From IMG/VR virus record IMGVR_UViG_3300028841_000327: a DNA stretch of 64,000 nt. One strand, written 5' to 3'. A model generated the notes under the pieces. It was not told the DNA's origin. It ran no database searches and worked only from the letters and a program-made list of their open reading frames with translations. Position numbers and translations under genes: made by a program. Below, in pieces: positions 8,574-16,816 of this stretch (positions are counted from its first letter, which is position 1; every line of letters begins with the position of its first letter). This DNA is from a virus.

Positions 8574-8645
8574 GGGGTGTCCCTCGGAGGGCGTCTCGGC
8601 CTTGAACCGGGTATGCGTCTGGTTCGACACCAGCCACCCCAACCA
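8573..8645 (+). tRNA. tRNA-Gln(TTG), reduced D-arm
   Basis: Loop CCTTGAA, CCA. Confidence 0.65.
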
Positions 8646-8649
8646 CCAT

Positions 8650-8724
8650 CAGCCTGTAGCGCACTGGTAGCGCGCTCCCTTGGGGAGGGAGAGGTCGCGA
8701 GTTCGATTCTCGCCAGGCTGACCA
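8650..8724 (+). tRNA. tRNA-Pro(GGG)
   Basis: Cloverleaf, loop TTGGGGA, CCA. Confidence 0.9.
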
Positions 8725-8797
8725 ACGGCCCGCACATGGGTCGTGTATGGGTTGCAGAGCCCACCTCGAGCATGTAGGCTCGAGTTCGTGAACGAGA

Positions 8798-8869
8798 CGG
8801 CGTGTAGGCCAGTGGTAGGTCACTCGGTTCGGGACCGAGATTTCGGGAGTTCGATTCTCCCCACGCCGA
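8798..8869 (+). tRNA. tRNA-Pro(CGG)
   Basis: Cloverleaf, loop TTCGGGA. Confidence 0.9.
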
Positions 8870-8875
8870 CGACAC

Positions 8876-8943
8876 GGGACGCCCCTTGGAAGGGAGCATG
8901 CCCTCACACGGCGCGCGACAGGGTCCGATTCCCTGGCGTCCTA
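8876..8943 (+). tRNA. tRNA-Val(CAC), degenerate
   Basis: Loop CTCACAC, reduced D-arm, T-loop TCCGATT. Confidence 0.55.
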
Positions 8944-8944
8944 C

Positions 8945-9017
8945 GCACTGCTGGTCCTCTGGTAGAGGTCGCCCGTCTGATACGCGGGAGAGTTGGGTTC
9001 GATCCCCAAGCGGTGCA
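8945..9017 (+). tRNA. tRNA-Ile(GAT)
   Basis: Cloverleaf, loop CTGATAC. Confidence 0.85.
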
Positions 9018-9018
9018 C

Positions 9019-9089
9019 GCGAGTCGACGGTACGGTACCTGGTCTTCCTGACGCGAAGACTGCTCGGGGTTCGACTCCCCGGACTCGCA
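9019..9089 (+). tRNA. tRNA-Val(GAC)
   Basis: Loop CTGACGC, T-arm. Confidence 0.7.
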
Positions 9090-9091
9090 CG

Positions 9092-9343
9092 ATGGATCAA
9101 GAGCGGATGAAGGTTCAGGCTTGGATGGAGAAGCAGCAGATCGGGCTCGACCTCCCGGTCCGGGTGCAGCTCAAGATCGACGGCGAAGTCTTCTGGTTCA
9201 GCCTGAAGATCGGCCTCGACTTCGCGAACCGCATCGAGAACGATCCCATCGTGTCCGCCTACACGCCGTACTGGCCGCCGTGGCAGTTCCGCTGCAACCG
9301 CCACTTCCTGTTGTGTGTGCCCAAGCCGGAGGACGGAGCATGA
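9092..9343 (+). CDS. Hypothetical protein
   Basis: ORF coupled to the next gene. Confidence 0.5.
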   Translation: MDQERMKVQAWMEKQQIGLDLPVRVQLKIDGEVFWFSLKIGLDFANRIENDPIVSAYTPYWPPWQFRCNRHFLLCVPKPEDGA

Positions 9344-9747
9344 GCGGCAAGACCACGTACGCCGAGGGGTTCGAGCGTGCCATCAACCCGAGTTCCGCGA
9401 CCGAGTGGACGTTCGCGGCAGGCAACCGACGCGACGTCACGGCGCCGTTGCAGTTCACGCTGGCGAGCTGGTCGGCCAAGTACATCCTGATCGAGGAACT
9501 GTACGTGGGAGACACGCTGTGCGCGGTGAAGGTACCGGGGACGCTCGTAGCCGACGACCGGAGCCTCGAGCAGTACGCACCGTTGCTGCTGACCACCGCA
9601 GCAACCGACCTAGCGATGGTTCTGGGTCGCCCGCCGTACCTGATTCGCGATCACGTCGGCAAGGACATCAAGATCGTGCTGCGCAACCTCATCGGCAACC
9701 ACGTGCAAGTGTACGGGGCGATCATCGAGGTGGCTGAGCGATCGTGA
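9340..9747 (+). CDS. Divergent member of the beta-rich (jelly-roll-like) paralog family
   Basis: ILIEELYVG..VPG..IKIVLRN..G..V.V.GAI pattern parallels 59281..59850. Confidence 0.45.
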   Translation: MSGKTTYAEGFERAINPSSATEWTFAAGNRRDVTAPLQFTLASWSAKYILIEELYVGDTLCAVKVPGTLVADDRSLEQYAPLLLTTAATDLAMVLGRPPYLIRDHVGKDIKIVLRNLIGNHVQVYGAIIEVAERS

Positions 9748-9938
9748 GCTACGGTGGCGCGCGCGAGGCGCGCAAGCGTGAGGCCGACCGCGAGTTCTTG
9801 GCGCGGTGCGCGGCGGCGACCGAGCCGGAGCTGCTCAAGATGCTGCGCGACCTGGGCAAGAAGAGCCCGGAGTGGAAGCGCGTCGCCGTGAAGCGTGCGC
9901 TGTCTCGGATCGCCAAGGCGCGGTTGCAGGCGCTTTGA
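9744..9938 (+). CDS. Small hypothetical protein
   Basis: GTGA-coupled ORF. Confidence 0.45.
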   Translation: MSYGGAREARKREADREFLARCAAATEPELLKMLRDLGKKSPEWKRVAVKRALSRIAKARLQAL

Positions 9939-9963
9939 CGTATGGCCCGCGCAGGGGTATAAT
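9935..9963 (+). promoter_or_regulatory. Near-consensus sigma70 promoter
   Basis: TTGACG-17-TATAAT; ATG 7 nt downstream, probably leaderless. Confidence 0.8.
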
Positions 9964-9969
9964 CGGGCC

Positions 9970-10812
9970 ATGGCAGCGGACGACATCGACCGGGAGCTGG
10001 AACACGCGGAGCGAGCCGGAAACGAGCGCCTCGCCAACATGCTGCGCGAGTTGCGCGCGACGCGGTTGGACCGGAAGGACGCGGCCAAGCTCTACCTCGG
10101 CAACGAGCAGCCGGTCATCACGCTGACCGGCATCGACAGCAAGGTGCTCTGGTGGCAGGCGCGCCGTCTGCTGGACGAGCACCTGAGCGTGGAGCTGGGG
10201 ATCCTCTGGTCGGACTCGCGCGACGAGCCGCGGTACATGCGGCGGTCGGCGGTCTGCACCGCGCTCGAGCGCCTGCCGATGCGCTGCGCCGTGCACGTCT
10301 GTGGCGCGGCTGCGACCAAGGCCTTCCTCGGTCTAGAGACGGACGACCGCTCCGACGTGTCGCACGCCACGATGCGCGATGCCATCCGTCAGTACGCGAC
10401 CCGTGTGCAGATCAACGGCCGGGTCAGCGCACTCCACGTCGCGCGGGCGACCGGCCTGTTCCGGCGCACCGTCATCACGCAGTGGAGCCGCCCGGACGCG
10501 AACAGGTCCTGGGACGACGCGGCGGGACGCACGCACTTCCCCAACACGGCGCTCTTGGTGGACGCCTCGGGTGGCCGAGGGGTGGAGCCCGAGCACTGGG
10601 AGGCGCCTGACGTGAAGGCTCCGGTGGGGTTCGCGGGTGGGCTGAGCCTCGAGAACCTGGCCTTCCACATGCCGAAGATCCTGGCGCTGTCCAAGCCGGG
10701 CTTCTGGATCGACATGGAGACCAGCCTCCGCACGGACGACTGGTTCGACATGGAGCGAGCCAAGGCCACCGTCCAAGCGTTCGAGACGCTGATGAAGCGG
10801 GCCGGGCTGTGA
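9970..10812 (+). CDS. TIM-barrel, TrpF (phosphoribosylanthranilate isomerase)-like phage protein
   Basis: ITLTGID, LLVDASGGRG, GFAGGL..EN, FWIDMET motifs. Confidence 0.5.
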   Translation: MAADDIDRELEHAERAGNERLANMLRELRATRLDRKDAAKLYLGNEQPVITLTGIDSKVLWWQARRLLDEHLSVELGILWSDSRDEPRYMRRSAVCTALERLPMRCAVHVCGAAATKAFLGLETDDRSDVSHATMRDAIRQYATRVQINGRVSALHVARATGLFRRTVITQWSRPDANRSWDDAAGRTHFPNTALLVDASGGRGVEPEHWEAPDVKAPVGFAGGLSLENLAFHMPKILALSKPGFWIDMETSLRTDDWFDMERAKATVQAFETLMKRAGL

Positions 10813-11198
10813 AACGCGGTCTGGCACGCCTCGTCTGGTGGTCGGCCCGCGAGGGGCCGAAGGTGATCGAGCGCCCGCTCGCGCGGGTCGAGGCCGCCAC
10901 CCTGGGGGGAGCACTGCGCGCGCTCGGGGAACTGTTCCCGAAGGGTATGGAGGTGGCGCGTCTGTGGCGAGAGGCCGAACGCATGCGGGAAGAGTTCAGG
11001 GACTTCGAGCGTCGGTCCGCGCGGAGGCACAAGAGGATGGCGAAGGTGCAGCGCAACATCGAACAGACCGACCGCCTCATCAAGGCGACGGTGGAGCAGA
11101 ACGTGCTGCTGGCGGCGCGGTACAAGGCGGCGCAGGACGAAGCGGCGACTCTGCGGCTCCACGCTCTGCTCCCACGAAAGAAGGTGATCCAGTGCTGA
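10809..11198 (+). CDS. Hypothetical coiled-coil protein
   Basis: Coupled ORF. Confidence 0.5.
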   Translation: MKRGLARLVWWSAREGPKVIERPLARVEAATLGGALRALGELFPKGMEVARLWREAERMREEFRDFERRSARRHKRMAKVQRNIEQTDRLIKATVEQNVLLAARYKAAQDEAATLRLHALLPRKKVIQC

Positions 11199-11509
11199 CC
11201 AACCCGATCCACGTGCGCATGACCGTCAAGATCCGCGGCTGCGAACTCGTGAAGACGACCGCGCTGTCGACCGAGCATCCCGAGGACGAGGACGCGGCGA
11301 CCCCGTTGGGGGTCCAGCTGCGGACGCTCGGGCGGCTCCCGAGCGGCCCGCTGACCGCCACCGAGGTGCCCCAAGAGGTGCGGATCGACGTGCTGTCGGG
11401 TCTCCCCGTGCGGCACGAAGCGATCTGGATCCGGGCCGAGAAGATCGAGGGCCTGTTGGACGAGAAGATGGCTCTGCTCGAGTTTGTGAAGGAGTTCGAG
11501 GGCGCATGA
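11192..11509 (+). CDS. Hypothetical protein
   Basis: Coupled ORF. Confidence 0.45.
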   Translation: MLTNPIHVRMTVKIRGCELVKTTALSTEHPEDEDAATPLGVQLRTLGRLPSGPLTATEVPQEVRIDVLSGLPVRHEAIWIRAEKIEGLLDEKMALLEFVKEFEGA

Positions 11510-11751
11510 CCTCCCCCCCTCCCGCGGGCGCGTCAACGAAGATCGAGACGGGCATGAGCGTTCGCGTCAAACTCATCGACGGCGTCGCGTACGCCCACAT
11601 GAACGACATTGCGCTCTACCTCGAGAACGTCGCCAAGGAGGTGAGGGCGGACGCTGGACCCCCGGTTGTCCGTCACGCGGCCGCCAACGCCATCTCGGCC
11701 ATGAGTGAGAAGGTGCGCGCGGCAGCCCACAAAGCGGAGACCGAAAGATGA
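11506..11751 (+). CDS. Hypothetical protein
   Basis: ATGA-coupled ORF. Confidence 0.5.
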   Translation: MTSPPPAGASTKIETGMSVRVKLIDGVAYAHMNDIALYLENVAKEVRADAGPPVVRHAAANAISAMSEKVRAAAHKAETER

Positions 11752-11960
11752 GCGAGTCGACGAAGAGCGAGACGATCCCGGTGCCTCCGACGATGGAGGA
11801 AGCAGCCTCGATCGCTGCCGTCGAGGTGTGGCCGACGTGCAGCGATAAGGCGCGAGCGATCGTCTCGGGTCTGCTCAAGAGCCTCCCGCCCCCTTCGGGA
11901 CCCATCAAGGTGCGGATCCTCCGCGGCGAGCGGGACACCGACTACTTCAGCGACAAGTGA
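11748..11960 (+). CDS. Hypothetical protein
   Basis: ATGA-coupled ORF. Confidence 0.5.
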   Translation: MSESTKSETIPVPPTMEEAASIAAVEVWPTCSDKARAIVSGLLKSLPPPSGPIKVRILRGERDTDYFSDK

Positions 11961-12451
11961 GCCTACCCATGACCTCCCCCCTCCACATTCCGACCGGCGT
12001 GAGCATCGGTGTCCTCGCGGCGGTGGTCGTCATCCTCGTCCTGCGCCGCCTCATGATGAACTCGGGCGCGCGCGCGACCGGAGGATGGGCGCAGTCCATC
12101 CGTCCGGGCCTTGTCTTGGTCTACACCCCTGCCAAGAACAGCGAGATCCGGCGCATCTACGTCCAGACGGTGGAGGTGGTGCCGAGCAAGCGGACGTTCA
12201 TGAACCCATCAGGGCTCACGATCAGGTTCGTGTACCTCTTGCCGGTCGCGCCGGGGTCTAGTGCCGAGGCCGAGCTGGTCCGACTCTGTGAGGAGAAGGG
12301 CGAGTCGGTGGTGCAGATCGATGGGTGGAAGTACCTGGTCGACGACCACGTCAACGAGATGCCCGCGGAGGAGGGGTGGCTTCACGCGGAGATCGTCCAC
12401 CCGAGCCGGGTGTCGTCTTGGCGTCCTCGCATGCGGTGGGTGGCGGAATGA
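11957..12451 (+). CDS. Hypothetical protein with N-terminal TM helix
   Basis: Coupled ORF. Confidence 0.5.
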   Translation: MSLPMTSPLHIPTGVSIGVLAAVVVILVLRRLMMNSGARATGGWAQSIRPGLVLVYTPAKNSEIRRIYVQTVEVVPSKRTFMNPSGLTIRFVYLLPVAPGSSAEAELVRLCEEKGESVVQIDGWKYLVDDHVNEMPAEEGWLHAEIVHPSRVSSWRPRMRWVAE

Positions 12452-13137
12452 GCGAGCCCCTGACCGACGAGTACATCCAGCGGGAGATCGCCTACGAGCG
12501 CGCGTGCTTGGTCGCGCTCGGGCTCGACCTCGTGGGGAACGAGACCCTGGCCGAGGCTCGGGCCGAGTACAAGCGCGTGGCGGCGATGGACTGCGTGCCT
12601 CCCCTCGCCCCGTCGTGGCACAGCCGGGTCAAGTCGCGGCTGGCGAACTGGGCGGAGTGGGAGCGCGACCTGCCCAGCCCCACGACCAACAACCACTACG
12701 CCCACTGCGAGGCCTGTCGCGCCCGAGGTCTGGCCGAGAACACGCCGCCGCAGGTGCACCTCCACGGGCAGCACGGCAACCACGACGACGCCTACATCGT
12801 CGGCGACCGGAAGGGGCTGCTGCGGCTCGCGGAGGCCATCCAGACGGCCCTGGCAGGTCTGCACGACCAGACGCGCGGCCAGGGGGTGGCGGGCGTCACG
12901 GCCCGTGACGGGGAGGGTTACGCCATCTACGTGGTGGCCCTGTCGGAGGAGCGCTTCGCAGGCACCCAGCTGCCCTACCAGCTCCATGGAGCTAGCCCGC
13001 CCGCCCCCGGTCGGCCCCCGTGGAGCCTGGTCACCCACGCCCCGGACGAGAGAGTCTTGGACGACAAGGAATGGTTCCGGCACCCCGCGGTCGATGACCA
13101 CCGCCCGGTCCAGCAACAGAAGAAGGAAGACCGATGA
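12448..13137 (+). CDS. Hypothetical protein
   Basis: ATGA-coupled ORF. Confidence 0.55.
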   Translation: MSEPLTDEYIQREIAYERACLVALGLDLVGNETLAEARAEYKRVAAMDCVPPLAPSWHSRVKSRLANWAEWERDLPSPTTNNHYAHCEACRARGLAENTPPQVHLHGQHGNHDDAYIVGDRKGLLRLAEAIQTALAGLHDQTRGQGVAGVTARDGEGYAIYVVALSEERFAGTQLPYQLHGASPPAPGRPPWSLVTHAPDERVLDDKEWFRHPAVDDHRPVQQQKKEDR

Positions 13138-13688
13138 CCACCGAACAGATGCCCGCGTGCTCCGCCTGCGGAACGATCCTGCCGACGACGGTTCAGGCAG
13201 CAGAGTACCGCATCATCAGCCAGAACGACCTCATCGGCTTTCTCGGGTCGGCGCTCGCACACGCAGGGTGGCGCGTGCTGGCGACGTACAGCGAACCCAT
13301 GATGCGTCAGCTCTCCATCGCGGGGGTGTGGCACGACACGTTCGTCCAAGAGCCCCGCTTCATCATCGGTCGTGGCGGCCGCGACGAGCTGATGGAGACC
13401 TTGAAGACGAGCCTCCGAGAGGCGACCGACGAGAAGAGCAAGTTGAAGTACGAGGTCGAGCGGTTGCAGCGTGCCGAGAAGGTCTTGAGCGACCGACTCG
13501 AGAGCACCGCCCGCGCGGCAGCCGACCGCATGAAAGAGGTGGAGGCCGTTCGCGAGGAACTCGCGCAGGTGCGAGAAGGCCACGAGCAGCAAGACGCTGC
13601 GCACCACCGACTCGAGGCCGACTTCGGCAAGGTGCGAGCGGCCATCGGCGACCTCGCGCTCAAGAAGATCCTGGACGCGGCCAAGTGA
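13134..13688 (+). CDS. Hypothetical coiled-coil protein
   Basis: ATGA-coupled ORF. Confidence 0.55.
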   Translation: MTTEQMPACSACGTILPTTVQAAEYRIISQNDLIGFLGSALAHAGWRVLATYSEPMMRQLSIAGVWHDTFVQEPRFIIGRGGRDELMETLKTSLREATDEKSKLKYEVERLQRAEKVLSDRLESTARAAADRMKEVEAVREELAQVREGHEQQDAAHHRLEADFGKVRAAIGDLALKKILDAAK

Positions 13689-14068
13689 TCACGATCCACC
13701 AGTTTGTGCTCGGCATGATCCTGACCGCCGTGGGAACCGCGGCAGGGTTGCTTGCCTTCGGGCTCTGGCTGAGTCGCCGCAACGACGCGGCAGCGGACAA
13801 GTCCGACAACGTGCACATCATCACCCGCGGCGCGCGCGCGATCTTGGTGGTCGATGTGGAGAACGGGCACCAAGAGACCGTCGCCCTGTCGCCCGACCGC
13901 GCGTTCGTGCTCGCTCGCAACCTCTCGGACGCCGCCAACATGGTCTGGCGCCGAAAGAAGGCGCCGACGCGGATGGGGGTGGCGAGGTTCGACATGCACA
14001 AGCAACGTCGTCGCACCCGCGAGCGGGAGGCGACGCCAGCCACAAAGGAGGCAGAGCATGGGGTATAG
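13685..14068 (+). CDS. Hypothetical membrane protein
   Basis: GTGA-coupled, TM helix. Confidence 0.45.
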   Translation: MITIHQFVLGMILTAVGTAAGLLAFGLWLSRRNDAAADKSDNVHIITRGARAILVVDVENGHQETVALSPDRAFVLARNLSDAANMVWRRKKAPTRMGVARFDMHKQRRRTREREATPATKEAEHGV

Positions 14069-14444
14069 CATCGGGTTCGACAGCAACACGAAGCGCGACA
14101 TCGGCTACGGCGTGCCCGCGGTGTGTGACCACCCAGGCTGCAAGAAGCCGATCGATCGTGGCCTCGGCCACATGTGCGGCGGGTTGCAGACGGAAGGGAA
14201 GTGGAACAACGGCTGCGGTCTCTTCTTCTGCGGCGAGCATCTTCGCGTCACGGGCGTGTGCGCGCGGTGCTCCAGCGGGCGGGCGGCCTTCAAGCCGAAG
14301 GCGGACGTCGACGAGTGGCTGCGTCACAAGCTGGCCGATGCCTCGTGGGGCAAGTGGCGCAAGGCGCATCCCGTCGAGGTGGAGAACATCCGGCGGCAGC
14401 TCGCGCGCAGGAAGGGAGGCGCCGATGTCGATGCCCGACAGTGA
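14058..14444 (+). CDS. Cys/His-rich phage hypothetical protein
   Basis: RDIGYGVPAVCDHPGC..IDRGL...CG motif. Confidence 0.6.
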   Translation: MGYSIGFDSNTKRDIGYGVPAVCDHPGCKKPIDRGLGHMCGGLQTEGKWNNGCGLFFCGEHLRVTGVCARCSSGRAAFKPKADVDEWLRHKLADASWGKWRKAHPVEVENIRRQLARRKGGADVDARQ

Positions 14445-14619
14445 GGTGGACGCGCTGATGCAGGTGCTCGAGATCACGCTCATCGGCACCTACGACGAGG
14501 TGCACGCTGCGGACGAGGTCGGTCGGCGCGACTACGGCCGCAAGATCGTCGGCGAGGTCATGTACCGGCAGATGCTGCCGAGCGTCGGCCTGCGGATCTT
14601 GCGCGGCGGTGAGCCGTGA
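14425..14619 (+). CDS. Small hypothetical protein
   Basis: Coupled ORF. Confidence 0.4.
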   Translation: MSMPDSEVDALMQVLEITLIGTYDEVHAADEVGRRDYGRKIVGEVMYRQMLPSVGLRILRGGEP

Positions 14620-15578
14620 AGCCGCCCGACGATCCGCATCGGGCGGCCCGCGAGGACTGGCTCTTGGCGATGGCCGTGGGGGACGCGGCCTGCATCTCGA
14701 CCGAGTTCGTGAAGCCGGACGACCCGATCGTGGTGAAGACGCTCACGACACTGGACGTGGGTCGGTTCGTGGGGTCGACGGCCCTCGAACTGCCGCCGGG
14801 CCGGTACACCGACGACACGCAGATGACGATCGCCGTGGTGGAGTCGCTGCTCGAGGCGCAGATGAGCATCCCTGGCCTCGCGAACGCGGTCGTGCGCGTC
14901 TTCAACCGCGATCGCCGCCCGGGGTACGCGCGGGGATTCCAGTCCGTTCTGGCGACCGTGTCGGATGGGCAGGAGCTGATGACCCGCCTCTACGGCCGCA
15001 ACAACTCGGAGAAGAACGGAGCGGCGATGCGCGCCATCCCCTACGGGCTCTTGGGCTATGCCGTCGACGCGACGGCGGTGCATGCGCAACTCGGGGCCAA
15101 GCTCACCCACGACAGCCTCAGCGGTTGCTGGTCGTCCATGGCCGTGGCGATGCTGGCGTCGATGGCGAAGGCTGGCATGGACCGAACCACGTTCGCCGGT
15201 GAGCTGCGTCGCAGGATGCTCATGGTTACGGGCGACACGCGCAGGTTCGGTCAGGTGCCCGACCCGCTCCGGTGGCTCTGCGAACCCTACTACGGTCGCG
15301 TCGAGGGCGGAGGCGCCGACAGCGACAGCCTGGCGTGGCTGACGGTTCGGGCGGTCCTGCGCGTCGTCCACGAGGCGCAGAGCGTCCGCCACGCCATCGA
15401 GCTCACCATCAAGCAAGGCGGGGACACCGACACGGTGGGAGCGCTGTCGTGTGGGATCTTGGCGCTCACCGGGATGCCCCTCGAGCCGTGGATGGTCGAA
15501 CAGATCGAGGACGGCCGCTTCGGACGAGACTACCTGCGGGCCTTGGGTGCGCGGATGCTGGGAGGGACCAGCGGCTAA
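14616..15578 (+). CDS. ADP-ribosylglycohydrolase (DraG/ARH family)
   Basis: GDA, YTDDTQMT, NGAAMRA, GGDTDTVGA motifs. Confidence 0.9.
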   Translation: MKPPDDPHRAAREDWLLAMAVGDAACISTEFVKPDDPIVVKTLTTLDVGRFVGSTALELPPGRYTDDTQMTIAVVESLLEAQMSIPGLANAVVRVFNRDRRPGYARGFQSVLATVSDGQELMTRLYGRNNSEKNGAAMRAIPYGLLGYAVDATAVHAQLGAKLTHDSLSGCWSSMAVAMLASMAKAGMDRTTFAGELRRRMLMVTGDTRRFGQVPDPLRWLCEPYYGRVEGGGADSDSLAWLTVRAVLRVVHEAQSVRHAIELTIKQGGDTDTVGALSCGILALTGMPLEPWMVEQIEDGRFGRDYLRALGARMLGGTSG

Positions 15579-15595
15579 CGCGGTCTCCCTGTCCC

Positions 15596-15624
15596 TTGAC
15601 GATGGTCCGAGTATGGGTAACACT
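15596..15624 (+). promoter_or_regulatory. sigma70-type promoter with spacer motif
   Basis: TTGACG-16-TAACAC(T). Confidence 0.5.
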
Positions 15625-15631
15625 GGGCCAC

Positions 15632-16138
15632 ATGATGAATCCCAACACCACGCCCATCGCTGACCACCGCCCGCTCCTCCTGCCGATCCCCGAGACCATC
15701 GTCGCCGGGCGCAACTCGGCGCTCACCGAGCCGTTCCTCCGAGCGTATCGCGAGCGCCACCCGACGGCGCCCGCGCTCGCGACGCTGAGGCCTATGCCCG
15801 ACATCTTGAAGGTGGCCCCGGCGTCTTGGCGGCTGGTACTCAGCCCCGAGCTGTCCATCCTGCCGCAGAGGCTGATCGTGGACGGCAAGGAGTTGGTGCT
15901 CGGCGCGCCGCCGGACGAGGCGGCGAAGAACGTCATCCTCAAGTCGGCGAGCCCGGCGAAGCTCGAGGAGGCGTACTCGATCGAGCGCTTCATGGAGAGC
16001 TGGGATGGTTGGAAGGGCCCCGTCACGGAACTGCACTTCGAGCGCGTCGCCAAGCGCGCGGAGATCGTCCTCGAGATCGAGAACAACAACGAGGGCCCGG
16101 TGCTCTTCCGTGGCGCTCTGCTCGGCAGCGGCGGCTGA
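15632..16138 (+). CDS. Hypothetical protein
   Basis: ORF after the promoter. Confidence 0.55.
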   Translation: MMNPNTTPIADHRPLLLPIPETIVAGRNSALTEPFLRAYRERHPTAPALATLRPMPDILKVAPASWRLVLSPELSILPQRLIVDGKELVLGAPPDEAAKNVILKSASPAKLEEAYSIERFMESWDGWKGPVTELHFERVAKRAEIVLEIENNNEGPVLFRGALLGSGG

Positions 16139-16363
16139 GTGATCGACGCGGAATCGATCGAGACGCTCTGCGACCAGGTGTCGGCGGGGGTGTGTAGCGA
16201 CGCCACCCCCTCCGAGCGCCATGCTGCATGGGCAGCGCTCACGAAGGTGCACAGCTGGCTCGAGGTGGCGGCCGACGTGGTGTCGGTGGCCAAGCTGGTC
16301 GAGGAGGGGACCGCGCCGCCCTCCGAACTGTTCAACACGATCGCGCGTTTGAGGACTCCATGA
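16139..16363 (+). CDS. Hypothetical protein
   Basis: Coupled ORF. Confidence 0.45.
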   Translation: MIDAESIETLCDQVSAGVCSDATPSERHAAWAALTKVHSWLEVAADVVSVAKLVEEGTAPPSELFNTIARLRTP

Positions 16364-16710
16364 CCTACGTCATCTTCGGCATCGGTGTCTTGGCGGTGCT
16401 GGCCTTGGTGCGCGTGGCTATGAACATGCGCAGTTGGCGCAACCTCGAGCGTAACGCCGCCATCGACCCGCTCTGCCTTGCGATGCTCACGATTCTCCGC
16501 GACGAGGCCAAGGATGGCATGGTGGTCAGCGACATCATGGGACGCACCGTGCGGACGGTCCCTGGTGCGACGTACAAGCAAGCGCTGATGGCGTTCAGTG
16601 CCATCAAAGCGCTCGAGTTGATCGTCGCTGTGGGCACGGCCGTTCCTTCTGGCACACCCACCTACGTGCTCAGCGCTCTCGGCCTCCAGTGGGTCCAGAA
16701 GGGCGAGTGA
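16360..16710 (+). CDS. Hypothetical membrane protein
   Basis: ATGA-coupled, N-terminal TM. Confidence 0.5.
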   Translation: MTYVIFGIGVLAVLALVRVAMNMRSWRNLERNAAIDPLCLAMLTILRDEAKDGMVVSDIMGRTVRTVPGATYKQALMAFSAIKALELIVAVGTAVPSGTPTYVLSALGLQWVQKGE

Positions 16711-16816
16711 CGAGCGATGAGGCCGTACGTCGAGCGCCACGTCCTCGGGCCCGACATGATCGAGTTGCTCCGGCGTGTGAGCCACTTCGTCGGCATCGTT
16801 CCCGAGCAGGACGAGG

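Noticed and set aside
4359-9343. Many short ORFs across the tRNA clusters
   Set aside because: Translations of tRNA sequences (GIEP/GSIP/VRFP motifs).
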